Assembly (NCBI GenBank): GCA_963717145.1
Contig: OY970325.1
Coordinates: 1,056,001-1,120,000 of the forward strand
Reading direction: 5' to 3'
DNA length: 64,000 nt
DNA from: an uncultured Armatimonadetes bacterium
GTDB taxonomy: Bacteria; Armatimonadota; UBA5829; DTJY01
In this document: positions 1-9,861 of the stretch, in pieces
How the letters are laid out: every line of letters starts with the position of its first letter
Position numbering within the stretch: the stretch's first letter is position 1
The notes under the pieces: generated by a model
Told to the model about the DNA's origin: nothing
The model's database searches: none
The model's input: only the letters and a program-made list of their open reading frames with translations
Position numbers and translations under genes: made by a program

Positions 1-2
1 CG

Positions 3-1247
3 ATTGCGAAGGCCCTCGGACGGAAGTTCATCCGCGTATCGTTAGGCGGCATCCGGGACGAGGCGGAGATCAGAGGCCACCGCCGGACGTACATCGGCTC
101 GATGCCCGGGCGCATCCTCCAGGGCCTCAAGCAGAGCGGATCCAACAATCCGGTCTTCATGCTCGACGAGATCGACAAGGTCGGCACTGATTTTCGCGGT
201 GACCCCTCAGCGGCGCTGCTCGAGGCGCTCGATCCCGAGCAGAACAACGCATTCAGCGATCACTATCTCGAAGTTCCATTCAACCTGTCCGACGTCATGT
301 TCATCACGACCGCGAATCTGCTCGATCCTGTTCCGCCGGCGCTGAAGGACCGCATGGAGGTCATCCCGTTCACCGGCTATATCGAGGATGAGAAGCTGAA
401 GATCGCGGAGTTGTTCCTCGTTCCGAAACAGACGAAAGACCACGGGCTCACGCTTGGCCGCATTAAGTTTGACGAGGGCGCGATACGCCTGGTGATCCGC
501 GAGTACACGCGCGAGGCCGGCGTGCGGAACCTCGAACGGGAGATCGCCAACATCTGCCGCAAGGTCGCCAAGAAGGTCGCGGAGGGCAAGAAGGGCGTCA
601 CAAGAATCAACGCCAGGAAGGTCAAGGAGTTCCTCGGTCAGCCGAAGTACCATTACGGCATGGCTGAGGAAAAGGATGAGGTCGGCGCCGCCACCGGATT
701 GGTCTATACCGAGTTCGGCGGCGACATCGTGACCATCGAGGTCGGCCTCATGCGCGCCGATAAGGGCCAGCTCCTTCTCACTGGCCAGCTTGGCGACGTG
801 ATGAAGGAATCGGCTCAGGCGGCGCTCACCTACGTCCGATCCAAGGCCCAGGCGCTCAAGATCGACGAGGAATTCTCGAACAAAATGGATATACATATCC
901 ACGTCCCGGCCGGCGCAGTGCCTAAAGACGGTCCATCGGCGGGTATAACCATCGCGGCCGCGCTCGCATCGGCTCTCACCAAGCGCGCGGTCAAGCGCGA
1001 TGTGGCGATGACGGGCGAGATTACCCTGCGCGGGAAGGTATTACCGATCGGCGGGTTGAAAGAGAAGGTACTGGCGGCGCATCGGGCCGGCATCCGGACG
1101 ATCATCATGCCGAAGGAGAACCTCAAGGACCTGGAGGAGATCCCGGCATACGTTCGCGAGGAATTGACGTTCAAGCCGGTCGAGCATGCAGACGAAGTGC
1201 TGAAGATCGCGCTCCTGAACGGCTCGAACGGAGTCAAGAAGAAGTGA
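3..1247 (+). CDS. lon: ATP-dependent protease La (Lon), 5'-truncated by window edge
   Basis: Frame open from base 3 ([36 protein letters not shown]); LDEIDK Walker B; PKDGPSAG catalytic Ser motif; GGLKEK. Confidence 0.97.
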   Translation: MAKALGRKFIRVSLGGIRDEAEIRGHRRTYIGSMPGRILQGLKQSGSNNPVFMLDEIDKVGTDFRGDPSAALLEALDPEQNNAFSDHYLEVPFNLSDVMFITTANLLDPVPPALKDRMEVIPFTGYIEDEKLKIAELFLVPKQTKDHGLTLGRIKFDEGAIRLVIREYTREAGVRNLEREIANICRKVAKKVAEGKKGVTRINARKVKEFLGQPKYHYGMAEEKDEVGAATGLVYTEFGGDIVTIEVGLMRADKGQLLLTGQLGDVMKESAQAALTYVRSKAQALKIDEEFSNKMDIHIHVPAGAVPKDGPSAGITIAAALASALTKRAVKRDVAMTGEITLRGKVLPIGGLKEKVLAAHRAGIRTIIMPKENLKDLEEIPAYVREELTFKPVEHADEVLKIALLNGSNGVKKK

Positions 1248-1253
1248 AAACCG

Positions 1254-1312
1254 GTGTGGGGGTGTGGGAGTATGGGAGTGATAGAAACTCCCATACCCCC
1301 ACACTCCCATAC
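1254..1312. repeat. Inverted octamer-tandem hairpin (GGGRGTRT)n / (AYACYCCC)n
   Basis: gtgtgggggtgtgggagtatgggagt-gatagaa-actcccatacccccacactcccatac; near-identical element at 14572-14640. Confidence 0.85.
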
Positions 1313-1550
1313 GAAATGCGAAGACTGGGAAGAGTAGGGGATACCGACCCTTCAGAGAGGGTGGCATATGGTGCGAGCCACCCGGGTACGGACCTCCGAA
1401 TGTCGCCCATGAGCCACTGCGCTGAACGGGAGTAAGCGCGGTCGGGATGGCCCGTTACAGCCACTTGAGGTCCGCCTTCGGGCGGGCGAATTAAGGTGGT
1501 ACCACGAAAGGCTCCTTTCGTCCTTAGCGGATGAGAGGAGCTTGTTTCTT
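1313..1550 (+). promoter_or_regulatory. T-box riboswitch (Val) with terminator, leader of valS
   Basis: AGAGA and GGUG distal-loop motifs, GUC specifier at 1402-1404, AGUA box, CCGUUA, T-box AATTAAGGTGGTACCACG at 1489-1506, terminator gctcctttcgtcc...ggatgagaggagc followed by ttgtttctt. Confidence 0.92.
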
Positions 1551-1618
1551 GGGAGTACTGGAGTGGTGGAGTGTTGGAGTGCTGGGAGCCCAATACTCCA
1601 TCACTCCAACACTCCAGT
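1551..1618. repeat. Inverted octamer-tandem hairpin (TGGAGTRN)n / (NYACTCCA)n
   Basis: actggagtggtggagtgttggagtgctgg...ccaatactccatcactccaacactccagt, between T-box terminator and valS SD. Confidence 0.8.
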
Positions 1619-1633
1619 TCCGGGAGGAGAACC

Positions 1634-4285
1634 ATGGACCAATACGACACATTGCCGAAAGTGTACGACCCGCAGGCCGTCGAGCCGAAATGGTATGACT
1701 ACTGGATGAGCAAGGGCTACTTCCACGCGGAGGTTGACCCATCGAAGCCGACGTACTCGATCACCATCCCCCCGCCGAACATCACCGGGTCGCTCCACAT
1801 CGGGCACGCGCTCTGTTACACGATCCAGGACGTGCTGGGCCGCTGGAAACGGATGCAGGGGTTCAATACCCTCATCCTGCCCGGCACCGATCACGCCGGG
1901 ATCGCGACGCAGAACAAGGTCGAGCAGCAACTCGCCAAGGAGGGACTCACACGACATGACCTCGGCCGCGAGAAGTTCGTGGAGCGCGTCTGGCAGTGGC
2001 GCGAGGAATACGGCGGCACGATCCTCAGCCAGTTCAAGCGCATGGGCTACGCTTTCGACTGGGACCGCCTGCGGTTCACGATGGACGAGGGATACGCCGA
2101 TGCCGTCCTCGAGGAGTTCGTGCGCTGGTTCGACGCGGGGCTGATCTACCGCGGCGTGCGTGTCATCAACTGGTGTCCGCGATGCCAGACCGCCATCTCC
2201 GACATCGAGGTCGAATACGAGGAGGTCGCCGGCCACCTGTGGCATATCGACTACCCGCTCGAGGACGGATCCGGCGTCATCACGGTGGCGACGACTCGTC
2301 CCGAGACGATGCTCGGTGACACTGCCGTTGCCGTCAATCCGGACGACCAGCGCTACACCGGCATGATCGGGAAGAACGCGATCCTCCCGATCATGGGCCG
2401 CTCGATCCCGATCATCGCCGATATGCACGTCGACCCCGAATTCGGCACCGGCGCGGTCAAGGTGACGCCCGCTCACGACCCGAACGACTTCGAGATCGGC
2501 GTGAGGCACAAGCTCCCGAGCGTGATCGTCATCGCCACGGACGGCTCGATGACCGAGGAAGCCGGACGGTTCGCCGGAATGGACCGCTATGCCGCGCGCG
2601 AGGCGGTCGTCGAGGAGCTTCGGGCGAACGATCTGCTTATCCGCGAGGAGGAGTACGTCCACTCGGTGGGCACGTGCGCCCGATGCGGGTCCACGATCGA
2701 GCCGCTCCTGTCCGAGCAGTGGTTCGCCCGCATGAAGGATATCGCCCAGCCCGCGATCGACGTCGTGAAGGAGGGCAGGGTCCGCATCGTCCCCGAGCGC
2801 TACGCCGGGACGTACACTGAGTGGATGGAGAACATACGCGACTGGTGCATCTCCCGCCAGCTCTGGTGGGGGCATCGTATCCCGGTCTGGAAGTGCCTCG
2901 ATTGTGGAGAATACACCGCCGCGAAGACTGAGGTCGAGGCGTGCAAGGTCTGCGGATCGAAGAACGTCGAGCAGGACCCGGACGTGCTCGACACCTGGTT
3001 CTCGTCGGCGCTGTGGCCGTTTGCGACGATGGGCTGGCCGAAAGACACGCCCGAACTCGAAGGGTTCTACCCGACCTCCGTCCTTGTGACGGCCCGCGAC
3101 ATCATCTATCTCTGGGTCTCCAGGATGATCATGACGAGTCTGTACTTCCTGGATGAAATCCCGTTCAAGGATGTATACATCTACGCCACAGTCTTGAACG
3201 AAGAGGGCCAACGGATGAGCAAGTCGCTCGGCACCGGTATCGATCCCGTCGAAGTCATCGACAAGTACGGGGCGGATGCGCTCCGGTTCGCACTCATCCA
3301 GCAGACCGGCAAGAACCAGGACATGCGTTTCTCCGAAGGCCGAGTCGAGGCGATCCGCAACTTCAGCAACAAGATATGGAACATCTCTCGGTTCGTCCTG
3401 CTCAGCCTCGACCTGGAGGCAGGAATCCCGACCGCTCCACCGGCGGAGAAGCTCCGGCTCGAGGACAGATGGATCCTCAGCCGCTTGCAGGACACGATTG
3501 GAGCGGTCAACACCGGCCTGGGGAACTACGACATGGACACCGCCGCCCGCGCGCTCTATGAGTTCCTGTGGAACGAGTACGCCGACTGGTACATCGAGAT
3601 GGCGAAACCTCAACTCCGGGGCGATGAGTCGTCCGTCGTGAAGTACGTCCTGTACACGGTGCTGGAAACCTCGATGCGACTGATGCACCCGATCATGCCA
3701 TTCATCACGGAGCAGATCTGGCAGTCGATCCCACACGTGGGCGAGAGCATCATGACGGTGAAGTACCCCGAGGCCGATGAGTCGCTCCGTGACGCATCCG
3801 CAGAGTCGCAGGTCGGCGCTATCATGGAGATCGTCCGCGCCATCCGCAACCTGCGCGCCGAGAGCGGCATCACGCCGGACAAGAAGGTCGAATGCGCGAT
3901 CGTGCCGAAGACGGGTGAGGCGAAGGAAGCTGTCACAAGCGGAGCGGAGAGCATCCGTATCCTCGCCAAGGCGAGCAAGCTCGACGTCGCGACGGAATCT
4001 CCCGCAACGGGCGAGACGAAGTACGTCTCCGCGCATCTCCCTTCGGCGGATATCTACATCCCACTCGCCGGGCTGGTCGATGTCGACAAGGAGATCGAGC
4101 GCATAACGAACGAACTGGCGAGCGTCGAGAAGGATCTCGCCCGGAGCGCCGGGAAGCTCTCAAATGAGCAGTTCCTCTCGAAGGCGGCCGCACCGATCGT
4201 CGAGAAGGAGCAGCGCATCGTAAGGGAACTCACCGAGAAGCGCGAAAAGCTCCAGGAGCGGCTCGCCATCCTGCGGGGAGCGTGA
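1634..4285 (+). CDS. valS: Valine--tRNA ligase
   Basis: PPPNITGSLHIGH, DWCISRQLWWGH, RMSKS, C-terminal coiled coil; SD GGAGGAG before ATG 1634; Val T-box upstream. Confidence 0.98.
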   Translation: MDQYDTLPKVYDPQAVEPKWYDYWMSKGYFHAEVDPSKPTYSITIPPPNITGSLHIGHALCYTIQDVLGRWKRMQGFNTLILPGTDHAGIATQNKVEQQLAKEGLTRHDLGREKFVERVWQWREEYGGTILSQFKRMGYAFDWDRLRFTMDEGYADAVLEEFVRWFDAGLIYRGVRVINWCPRCQTAISDIEVEYEEVAGHLWHIDYPLEDGSGVITVATTRPETMLGDTAVAVNPDDQRYTGMIGKNAILPIMGRSIPIIADMHVDPEFGTGAVKVTPAHDPNDFEIGVRHKLPSVIVIATDGSMTEEAGRFAGMDRYAAREAVVEELRANDLLIREEEYVHSVGTCARCGSTIEPLLSEQWFARMKDIAQPAIDVVKEGRVRIVPERYAGTYTEWMENIRDWCISRQLWWGHRIPVWKCLDCGEYTAAKTEVEACKVCGSKNVEQDPDVLDTWFSSALWPFATMGWPKDTPELEGFYPTSVLVTARDIIYLWVSRMIMTSLYFLDEIPFKDVYIYATVLNEEGQRMSKSLGTGIDPVEVIDKYGADALRFALIQQTGKNQDMRFSEGRVEAIRNFSNKIWNISRFVLLSLDLEAGIPTAPPAEKLRLEDRWILSRLQDTIGAVNTGLGNYDMDTAARALYEFLWNEYADWYIEMAKPQLRGDESSVVKYVLYTVLETSMRLMHPIMPFITEQIWQSIPHVGESIMTVKYPEADESLRDASAESQVGAIMEIVRAIRNLRAESGITPDKKVECAIVPKTGEAKEAVTSGAESIRILAKASKLDVATESPATGETKYVSAHLPSADIYIPLAGLVDVDKEIERITNELASVEKDLARSAGKLSNEQFLSKAAAPIVEKEQRIVRELTEKREKLQERLAILRGA

Positions 4286-4290
4286 GAGAA

Positions 4291-4374
4291 CACAGAAGCA
4301 CGGAAGGGATGCGGAAACACAGAACCGGCTTTCATGTCCGTGCATCCCTCCGTGCCCTCTGTGCCTCTGTGGTT
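4291..4374. repeat. Imperfect inverted repeat built from 8-9-mer units (CACRGARG / CTCYGTGCC)
   Basis: cacagaagcacggaagggatgc ... gcatccctccgtgccctctgtgcctctgtggtt. Confidence 0.65.
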
Positions 4375-4390
4375 CCATTTGAGGTGTGGT

Positions 4391-5647
4391 TTGTTCAAGA
4401 AGCTCGGTGTGTTGGCAATGCTGATCGTTGCGATCCTCTCCGGATGCGGCCGGCAGAAGGGCGCGGGTGGGGTGACGGAGATCGTCTACCTCGTGCGCGC
4501 GACTCCCGATCAACTCGAGGTCTGGCAGCGCGCCACCAAGGAGTTCATGCGCCTGAACCCCGATGTCCGCGTCCGATTCGAGAACCTCCCCTATGCCCAG
4601 TATTGGGACAAGTTCCAGACGATGACCGCCGCCGGTGTCGCGCCGGACGTCATCTTCATGGAGTCGGGCCGATTCCCCAAGTTCGCGGAGAGCGGGTCAC
4701 TGGAGAACCTCGAAGCATACATCAAGCGGGACGGCGACCTCGAACTCGACGACTTCTATCCACGCGCGCTCGATTCCTACCGCTGGAAGGGTGACATCTA
4801 CGGCCTGCCGAACGACATCGCGATCGGCGTCGTCTTCTTCAACAAGGACCTCTTCGACGAGGCGGGCGTCCCATACCCGAAGCAGGGTTGGACCTGGGAC
4901 GACTACCTCGCCGCCGCGAAGGCGCTCACCTTCGACTTCGATGAGGACGGGCGGCTCGATCAATACGGTACGCTGACCGGCGACTGGCGGCATTTCGTCT
5001 GGCAGAACGGCGGCGACCTGGTGGATGATCCCCGCCATCCGACGCGCAGCACGATGAACACGCCCGAGGTGATCGAGGCGCTCCAATGGCTTGTGGACCT
5101 GAGGTTCAAGCACCACGTAACCACGCGGCCCGGCGAACTGGCAGACATGGGCGGCTACGAGATGTTCATGACGGGCAAAGTAGCGATGGTCTTCGGCGGC
5201 CACTGGGACGTGCCGACGTACTCGAAGCTGACGCGCTTCCGCTGGGATGTCGCGGCGCTCCCGAAGGGGCGGTTCAGGGCGAACAATGCCTACGGGTCGG
5301 CGCTCTGCATCCCATCGAAGAGCCGGAACAAGCAGGCGGCCTGGCGGTACATCAAGTTCCTGACCGGCAGGGCTGGGCAGGCGATCATGGTCGGCTCGGA
5401 CTTCTCCACGCCCGCGCGGAAGTCGGTCGCCCGCTCGAAGGAATACCTCACGCCGCCGCCCGATGGTGAGCAGGTCTTCGTGAACGAGATCCCCTTCGGC
5501 CACCCGCTCCCGTTCACGCCGAAATACCTCGAGATGGGCAACGTCGCGGAGGAGGTCATGGATCTCATGTGGCTAGGCAAGCAGTCCGTCCCCGACACCT
5601 GCAAGGAACTCGACAAGCGGATAGATAAAGTATTGATCAGGGACTGA
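4391..5647 (+). CDS. Sugar ABC transporter substrate-binding lipoprotein
   Basis: TTG 4391 after GAGGTG; lipobox LSGC; SBP_bac_1-like motifs (APDVI, GDIYGLP, FFNKDLFDEAGV, FMTGKVAM). Confidence 0.88.
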   Translation: MFKKLGVLAMLIVAILSGCGRQKGAGGVTEIVYLVRATPDQLEVWQRATKEFMRLNPDVRVRFENLPYAQYWDKFQTMTAAGVAPDVIFMESGRFPKFAESGSLENLEAYIKRDGDLELDDFYPRALDSYRWKGDIYGLPNDIAIGVVFFNKDLFDEAGVPYPKQGWTWDDYLAAAKALTFDFDEDGRLDQYGTLTGDWRHFVWQNGGDLVDDPRHPTRSTMNTPEVIEALQWLVDLRFKHHVTTRPGELADMGGYEMFMTGKVAMVFGGHWDVPTYSKLTRFRWDVAALPKGRFRANNAYGSALCIPSKSRNKQAAWRYIKFLTGRAGQAIMVGSDFSTPARKSVARSKEYLTPPPDGEQVFVNEIPFGHPLPFTPKYLEMGNVAEEVMDLMWLGKQSVPDTCKELDKRIDKVLIRD

Positions 5648-5731
5648 CGAGCAAACGCGCCGAGAAGATACGCAAGCGCGGTGGAGTGGCTTGCCAACAG
5701 CGAATGATCGACGGACTGTGAGGGGAGACGA

Positions 5732-7324
5732 ATGGCATACGACCCAAGATCGACATACAGGCAGTTCATGGCTCACGAGTCCCTCCGATGTATACCCACT
5801 GATAAGGCGATCATGTACGTGGGAGCGCTTGTTGATACATCACACGACTTGAGAGAGGAAGCTGGACTGGAACGCGCAATAACTTGGGCGTCCGAACTAT
5901 GGCCAACCGGCCTTAGCGACAGACAGAGACTCCTGCTGGACTATTTCACATCCAACGCATGGGCGGATCTCCTGGAGTTGCGTACAAAGGGCACAGACAA
6001 GCGTTTCGACTGGAATCAGGAGGAATCGGAGAGGCAGGTCTTCCATCTGCGCCGGGCGTACGCCAACAAGGCGTTCGAGGGATCCGAGCAGATGAGGCAG
6101 TGCCAGATACTGACGAACCTTGGCAACTCCCTAAGCCACATCGGCAGATTCGTCGAAGCAGTAGAATACTGGGACAGGGCCCTGGCGATCGACCCAGATT
6201 TCGGAATGGCGGTTGGGAATCGTGGCCACGGTCTTACCTACTACGCCTCCGCATTATACGATGATGGCCATCAGTTCCTGCTCTTGAAGCAAGCCAGATC
6301 GGCATTGTCCAGGGCTCTATCCTTGGCGCTGGAACCAGGAGCACAACCACGGTTCGAGAAGCGGTTGGCGGAGATCGACCGTTCGCTAGGCACGAAAGGT
6401 CTTGCAGCCACAGTGGATATGGATGTTTTTTCGCTCGGCCGTTCAAAGGCTGAGTCCGGCTACAGGCGGTGGTGTCTGCAGAACCGGCTATTCCTCAACC
6501 CGCTGAATGACTTGGGAGTCCATTCAATTGCGGCGACCGATGTTCTTTCCACCCCTTCCATAGTCACGCCACTGGATCATGGCTGTGGATACCAGGGGTT
6601 CTTCAACCAAATGAAGCAGGAGTTTGTGTCAGCTCGGTATCTGTACTATGAAGGGATCAGCCTCGGCCGGCCACATTACTCAGACAAGGATGTTCTTCTC
6701 CTGGACACGCTGGACTATCCTGAGTATTCTGTCTCGGTCGAGAAAGGGAAGGCTGCATTTCGCATGGCCTATTCGCTTCTTGACAAGATCGCGTGGTTCC
6801 TTGTCGTTTACCTGGACATCAAGAGCAAGCTCAAAGCTGGAGAGCTCAGGAGAGTAAGCTTCCGCAACATCTGGTACAAGGGCCTTTCAAGGTCTGGCGG
6901 CTTGTGGAGTGACCTGCAGCAATGCCAGAACTGGCCGATGAGGGGCCTGTTCTGGCTAAGTAAGGACTTGTATGAGGAAAGACCGGAGTTTCGGGATTCC
7001 ATGGAACCCGATGCAAAGCAGCTTGCCGATGTGCGCAATCATCTGGAGCACAAGTACCTAAAGCTGCACGACTGTATGTGGATCGGAGAGGCATTCCTTG
7101 ATGATCCCACATGGCGGGCCTGCACCGATGACCTAGCGTTCTCCCTTTACCGCTCTGATTTCGAGGCGAAGACACTACGAATGTTAAAGATGGCCCGCGG
7201 TGCATTGATATACCTATCGTTGGCTATCCACCGCGAAGAACAGCGACGCAGCCAGGCAAGGGATGGCAAAGGTATCAGTGTACCGATGTTTCTCGATGCC
7301 TACGACGATAAGTGGAAGCGCTGA
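5732..7324 (+). CDS. TPR + HEPN domain protein (LA2681-like), putative RNase effector
   Basis: TPR (LTNLGNSLSHIGRFVEAVEYWDRALAIDPDFGMA), LFLNPLND, FFNQMKQEFVSARY and HEPN R-x4-H motif RNHLEH; composition visibly less GC-rich than flanks. Confidence 0.8.
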   Translation: MAYDPRSTYRQFMAHESLRCIPTDKAIMYVGALVDTSHDLREEAGLERAITWASELWPTGLSDRQRLLLDYFTSNAWADLLELRTKGTDKRFDWNQEESERQVFHLRRAYANKAFEGSEQMRQCQILTNLGNSLSHIGRFVEAVEYWDRALAIDPDFGMAVGNRGHGLTYYASALYDDGHQFLLLKQARSALSRALSLALEPGAQPRFEKRLAEIDRSLGTKGLAATVDMDVFSLGRSKAESGYRRWCLQNRLFLNPLNDLGVHSIAATDVLSTPSIVTPLDHGCGYQGFFNQMKQEFVSARYLYYEGISLGRPHYSDKDVLLLDTLDYPEYSVSVEKGKAAFRMAYSLLDKIAWFLVVYLDIKSKLKAGELRRVSFRNIWYKGLSRSGGLWSDLQQCQNWPMRGLFWLSKDLYEERPEFRDSMEPDAKQLADVRNHLEHKYLKLHDCMWIGEAFLDDPTWRACTDDLAFSLYRSDFEAKTLRMLKMARGALIYLSLAIHREEQRRSQARDGKGISVPMFLDAYDDKWKR

Positions 7325-7368
7325 CCTGACTTGCCTGGAGACGGTAAGGCGAATCTGCCGGAAAGCGC

Positions 7369-8967
7369 CTAGAGCCCCAACTCCGTCTGTTCCCCGTCGC
7401 GGACGAGCTTCTTGCCGCCGCTGCGGAGTGACCAGCCGCGCGGGAAATCGAACTCCTTGCCCTCCAGCAACTCCTTGATCGTGCGAATCTGGAACTTGGG
7501 GATCTTCCGCCCGCTTGGGGAATCGAAGAAGCCAAGCTCCTCCGCGCGCTGATACATCCCCTTCGTCGGCGTGTCCAGGCAGATGAAGAAGCCCATCGCC
7601 GCCTTCTCACGCTCGATCACGTGGGCGAAGGCGTCGATATCTCCCGTCTTGAGATGGCCGCCCTTGACCTGGCAGACCGCATAGCGGTGTTCCCGGTTCT
7701 CATCGCCGAAGTAGACTTTGCCGTCTACGCCCTTGTCGCCGCTCTTTTCCGGCTGCGGAACGCCCGCGACTAGGCCGACCGCCCATATCTCGAACTGCTT
7801 CGGGCTCTGGTCGAAGAGCTGGTACGCAGAGTATTCGTCCTTCGGGTCGCCAATGATGTCGTAGTCCTTCTCGCGCTTGAGGCCGAAGTCCTTGGCAAGG
7901 CGGCTCATCATCAGGTCGATGGCGATGAAGGTGATGTCTATGCCGATCCACTTCCGACCAAGCTTCTCCGCCGCCACAACCGCGGTTCCGCACCCACAGA
8001 AGGGGTCGAACACGATATCGCCAGGGTTCGAGGATGCATTGATCATCCGTTCCAAGAGCGCCAGAGGCTTTTGGGTTGGGTAGCCCATACGTTCCTGCGC
8101 CATGGAGTTGATGGGAGAAATGTCCGTCCAGACGTTACCCATAAGCGTTCCCGGCATCTCGTCTAGATAGCGCTTGAACTGAATCCTGCCCTCGGGTTTC
8201 TTGGGGAAGGACAACCGCCCTTCTTGGTCCAACTGCTCCATCTTCTCACGGCTGACGGCCCAACCGTTAGGGTGTGGCTTGTACCCTTTGTAGTCGTAGG
8301 TCAGGTTTGGCCTTGGGTTGGGGCTTCTCAGGTCGCTTAGCCGATATCGCCGCCCGCCCTCATCCTGGTAGCGATATTTCGATTCCAGGTAGGCATCTGA
8401 ATGGGGAACGTACTGCGGGCAGAACATGTGCTGGTCAGTCTTGGTGAAGAGCAAGATAGTATCGGCAATGTCCGCGAACTTCTTCTTGGCATCACTGTGT
8501 GCGGTCGTGCGCTTCCAGGTCAACTCGTTCACGAAGTTCGTCGGCCCGAAGACCACGTCCAGTATGATCTTGAGGTAGTGGCTTGCCACCGGGTCGCAGT
8601 GCAGATAGAGGCTGCCCGTCGGTCTGAGGACGCGGTGGAGTTCCAGGAGGCGGGGGGCCATCATCACGAGATATGCCATCATCTCGCTTGTCCCGAGGAT
8701 GTCGTGCAGTGAGTTCATGAGCGGGAATAGCCGTGCATTCTTGGGCTCGTCAAAGAACTCATCGTAATGGCGCTTGCTCCACTGCCAGGTGTCGGTGAAG
8801 GCGGTGATCTGCGCCTGGTTCTCGTCCTTCTTCGCCTGCTTGAAGAGGACGTTGTAGTCCCGCGCGGAGTTGAACGGCGGGTCGAGGTAGACGAGATCAA
8901 CCGATTCGTCCGCGATGTGCTCGCGCATGATCTCCAGGTTGTCACCGTAGTAGAGCGTGTTCCTCAT
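7369..8967 (-). CDS. Beta-class N6/N4 DNA methyltransferase fused to C-terminal Mrr-like PD-(D/E)xK endonuclease domain
   Basis: LYYGDNL, DPPF motif IV, YPTQKP, DPFCGCGT motif I; C-terminal DKGVDG...CQVKGG. Confidence 0.88.
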   Translation of the reverse strand: MRNTLYYGDNLEIMREHIADESVDLVYLDPPFNSARDYNVLFKQAKKDENQAQITAFTDTWQWSKRHYDEFFDEPKNARLFPLMNSLHDILGTSEMMAYLVMMAPRLLELHRVLRPTGSLYLHCDPVASHYLKIILDVVFGPTNFVNELTWKRTTAHSDAKKKFADIADTILLFTKTDQHMFCPQYVPHSDAYLESKYRYQDEGGRRYRLSDLRSPNPRPNLTYDYKGYKPHPNGWAVSREKMEQLDQEGRLSFPKKPEGRIQFKRYLDEMPGTLMGNVWTDISPINSMAQERMGYPTQKPLALLERMINASSNPGDIVFDPFCGCGTAVVAAEKLGRKWIGIDITFIAIDLMMSRLAKDFGLKREKDYDIIGDPKDEYSAYQLFDQSPKQFEIWAVGLVAGVPQPEKSGDKGVDGKVYFGDENREHRYAVCQVKGGHLKTGDIDAFAHVIEREKAAMGFFICLDTPTKGMYQRAEELGFFDSPSGRKIPKFQIRTIKELLEGKEFDFPRGWSLRSGGKKLVRDGEQTELGL

Positions 8968-9028
8968 ATAGAGGACAATACGTCGGCGGGCGGCTGCTTT
9001 CCTTCATGCCATGCTGAGGAAGAGAGGT

Positions 9029-9056
9029 GAGGGGCGCTCCAGTGGGAACGCCCCTC
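9029..9056. terminator. GC-rich hairpin downstream of 9068-9733 gene
   Basis: gaggggcg-ctccagtgggaa-cgcccctc; no clear U-tract. Confidence 0.4.
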
Positions 9057-9067
9057 GGTGGTGCGGG

Positions 9068-9733
9068 TTAGGCGGCAATTGTCGCGGAGACGGTCTCGGA
9101 CCAGGGGCCGGCCTCGCCACGACTGCCCATCCATCTGAGCATGTAGTGGGCCTTCTTCCCGCCGTCCGCTCCGTCGTGAACCACCGTGAACGGACTCCGA
9201 GTCGCCATTCCGACGAACGATACTTCCGTGCCGTCGACCGGCGGAGGGCCGTCGATCTTCACCCAGACCTCACAGCCGATCACACCGTCGGGCTTTGCGT
9301 TGCCCATGGTTCCGCTGTTGTTGCGGAACCCAACGCTGTGACGCAGCCGCTCGCTCGTGTCTACCCATCCGAGCGGATGAGTCGCAGGCGTCGAAGCGGT
9401 GGTCTGCCTAGGCGCGCGAACGGTTATCCCCATCGCCTGCCGCTTCGTGTCGTCTACAAGCGGACTGGCCTGCAGCCTGGCAACCAGCGCCCGGAGGCTT
9501 GCCGTAAGGATGTCGCGCTGCTCAACCTTCTGCTCACGCTTGCTCCTCGCGTTTGCCTGGGCCGTGGTATGCTGCCCATATGCGAAGTCCCAGTTCGTCT
9601 GCTCCTGCACGATGAAATCGACGTCCGTCGCCTCGAGTCCGAGTTCAATCAGGTGGGCGCTAACATAAGTGAGGAAGTTCGCTACCCAGGGAGTGAACTC
9701 CCCATCGGCAGACGGAATATAATCGTGTCCCAT
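9068..9733 (-). CDS. Hypothetical protein: helical N-terminal half plus C-terminal fibronectin-III-like beta domain
   Basis: Perfect SD AAGGAGGTG; C-terminus KPDGVIGCEVW...HYMLRWMGSRGEAGPWSETVSATI resembles FN3 terminal strands. Confidence 0.7.
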   Translation of the reverse strand: MGHDYIPSADGEFTPWVANFLTYVSAHLIELGLEATDVDFIVQEQTNWDFAYGQHTTAQANARSKREQKVEQRDILTASLRALVARLQASPLVDDTKRQAMGITVRAPRQTTASTPATHPLGWVDTSERLRHSVGFRNNSGTMGNAKPDGVIGCEVWVKIDGPPPVDGTEVSFVGMATRSPFTVVHDGADGGKKAHYMLRWMGSRGEAGPWSETVSATIAA

Positions 9734-9861
9734 ACTGTCACCTCCTTCCGACTGCTAGAGTAACCATATTATCGGCGAATCCATGGGGGATCCATAGAGG
9801 ATTCTCTGCTGTGCATGCAGATGCGTCCGGGCGCGGGCGTTGACCGACCGGGGCAACGAGC

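Noticed and set aside
1601-4036. Long antisense ORFs (also 10308-11846, 13158-14729, 15433-17073, 20659-22395, 42068-43429, 52828-54198)
   Set aside because: Shadow frames opposite well-supported genes in high-GC DNA; no recognisable motifs.
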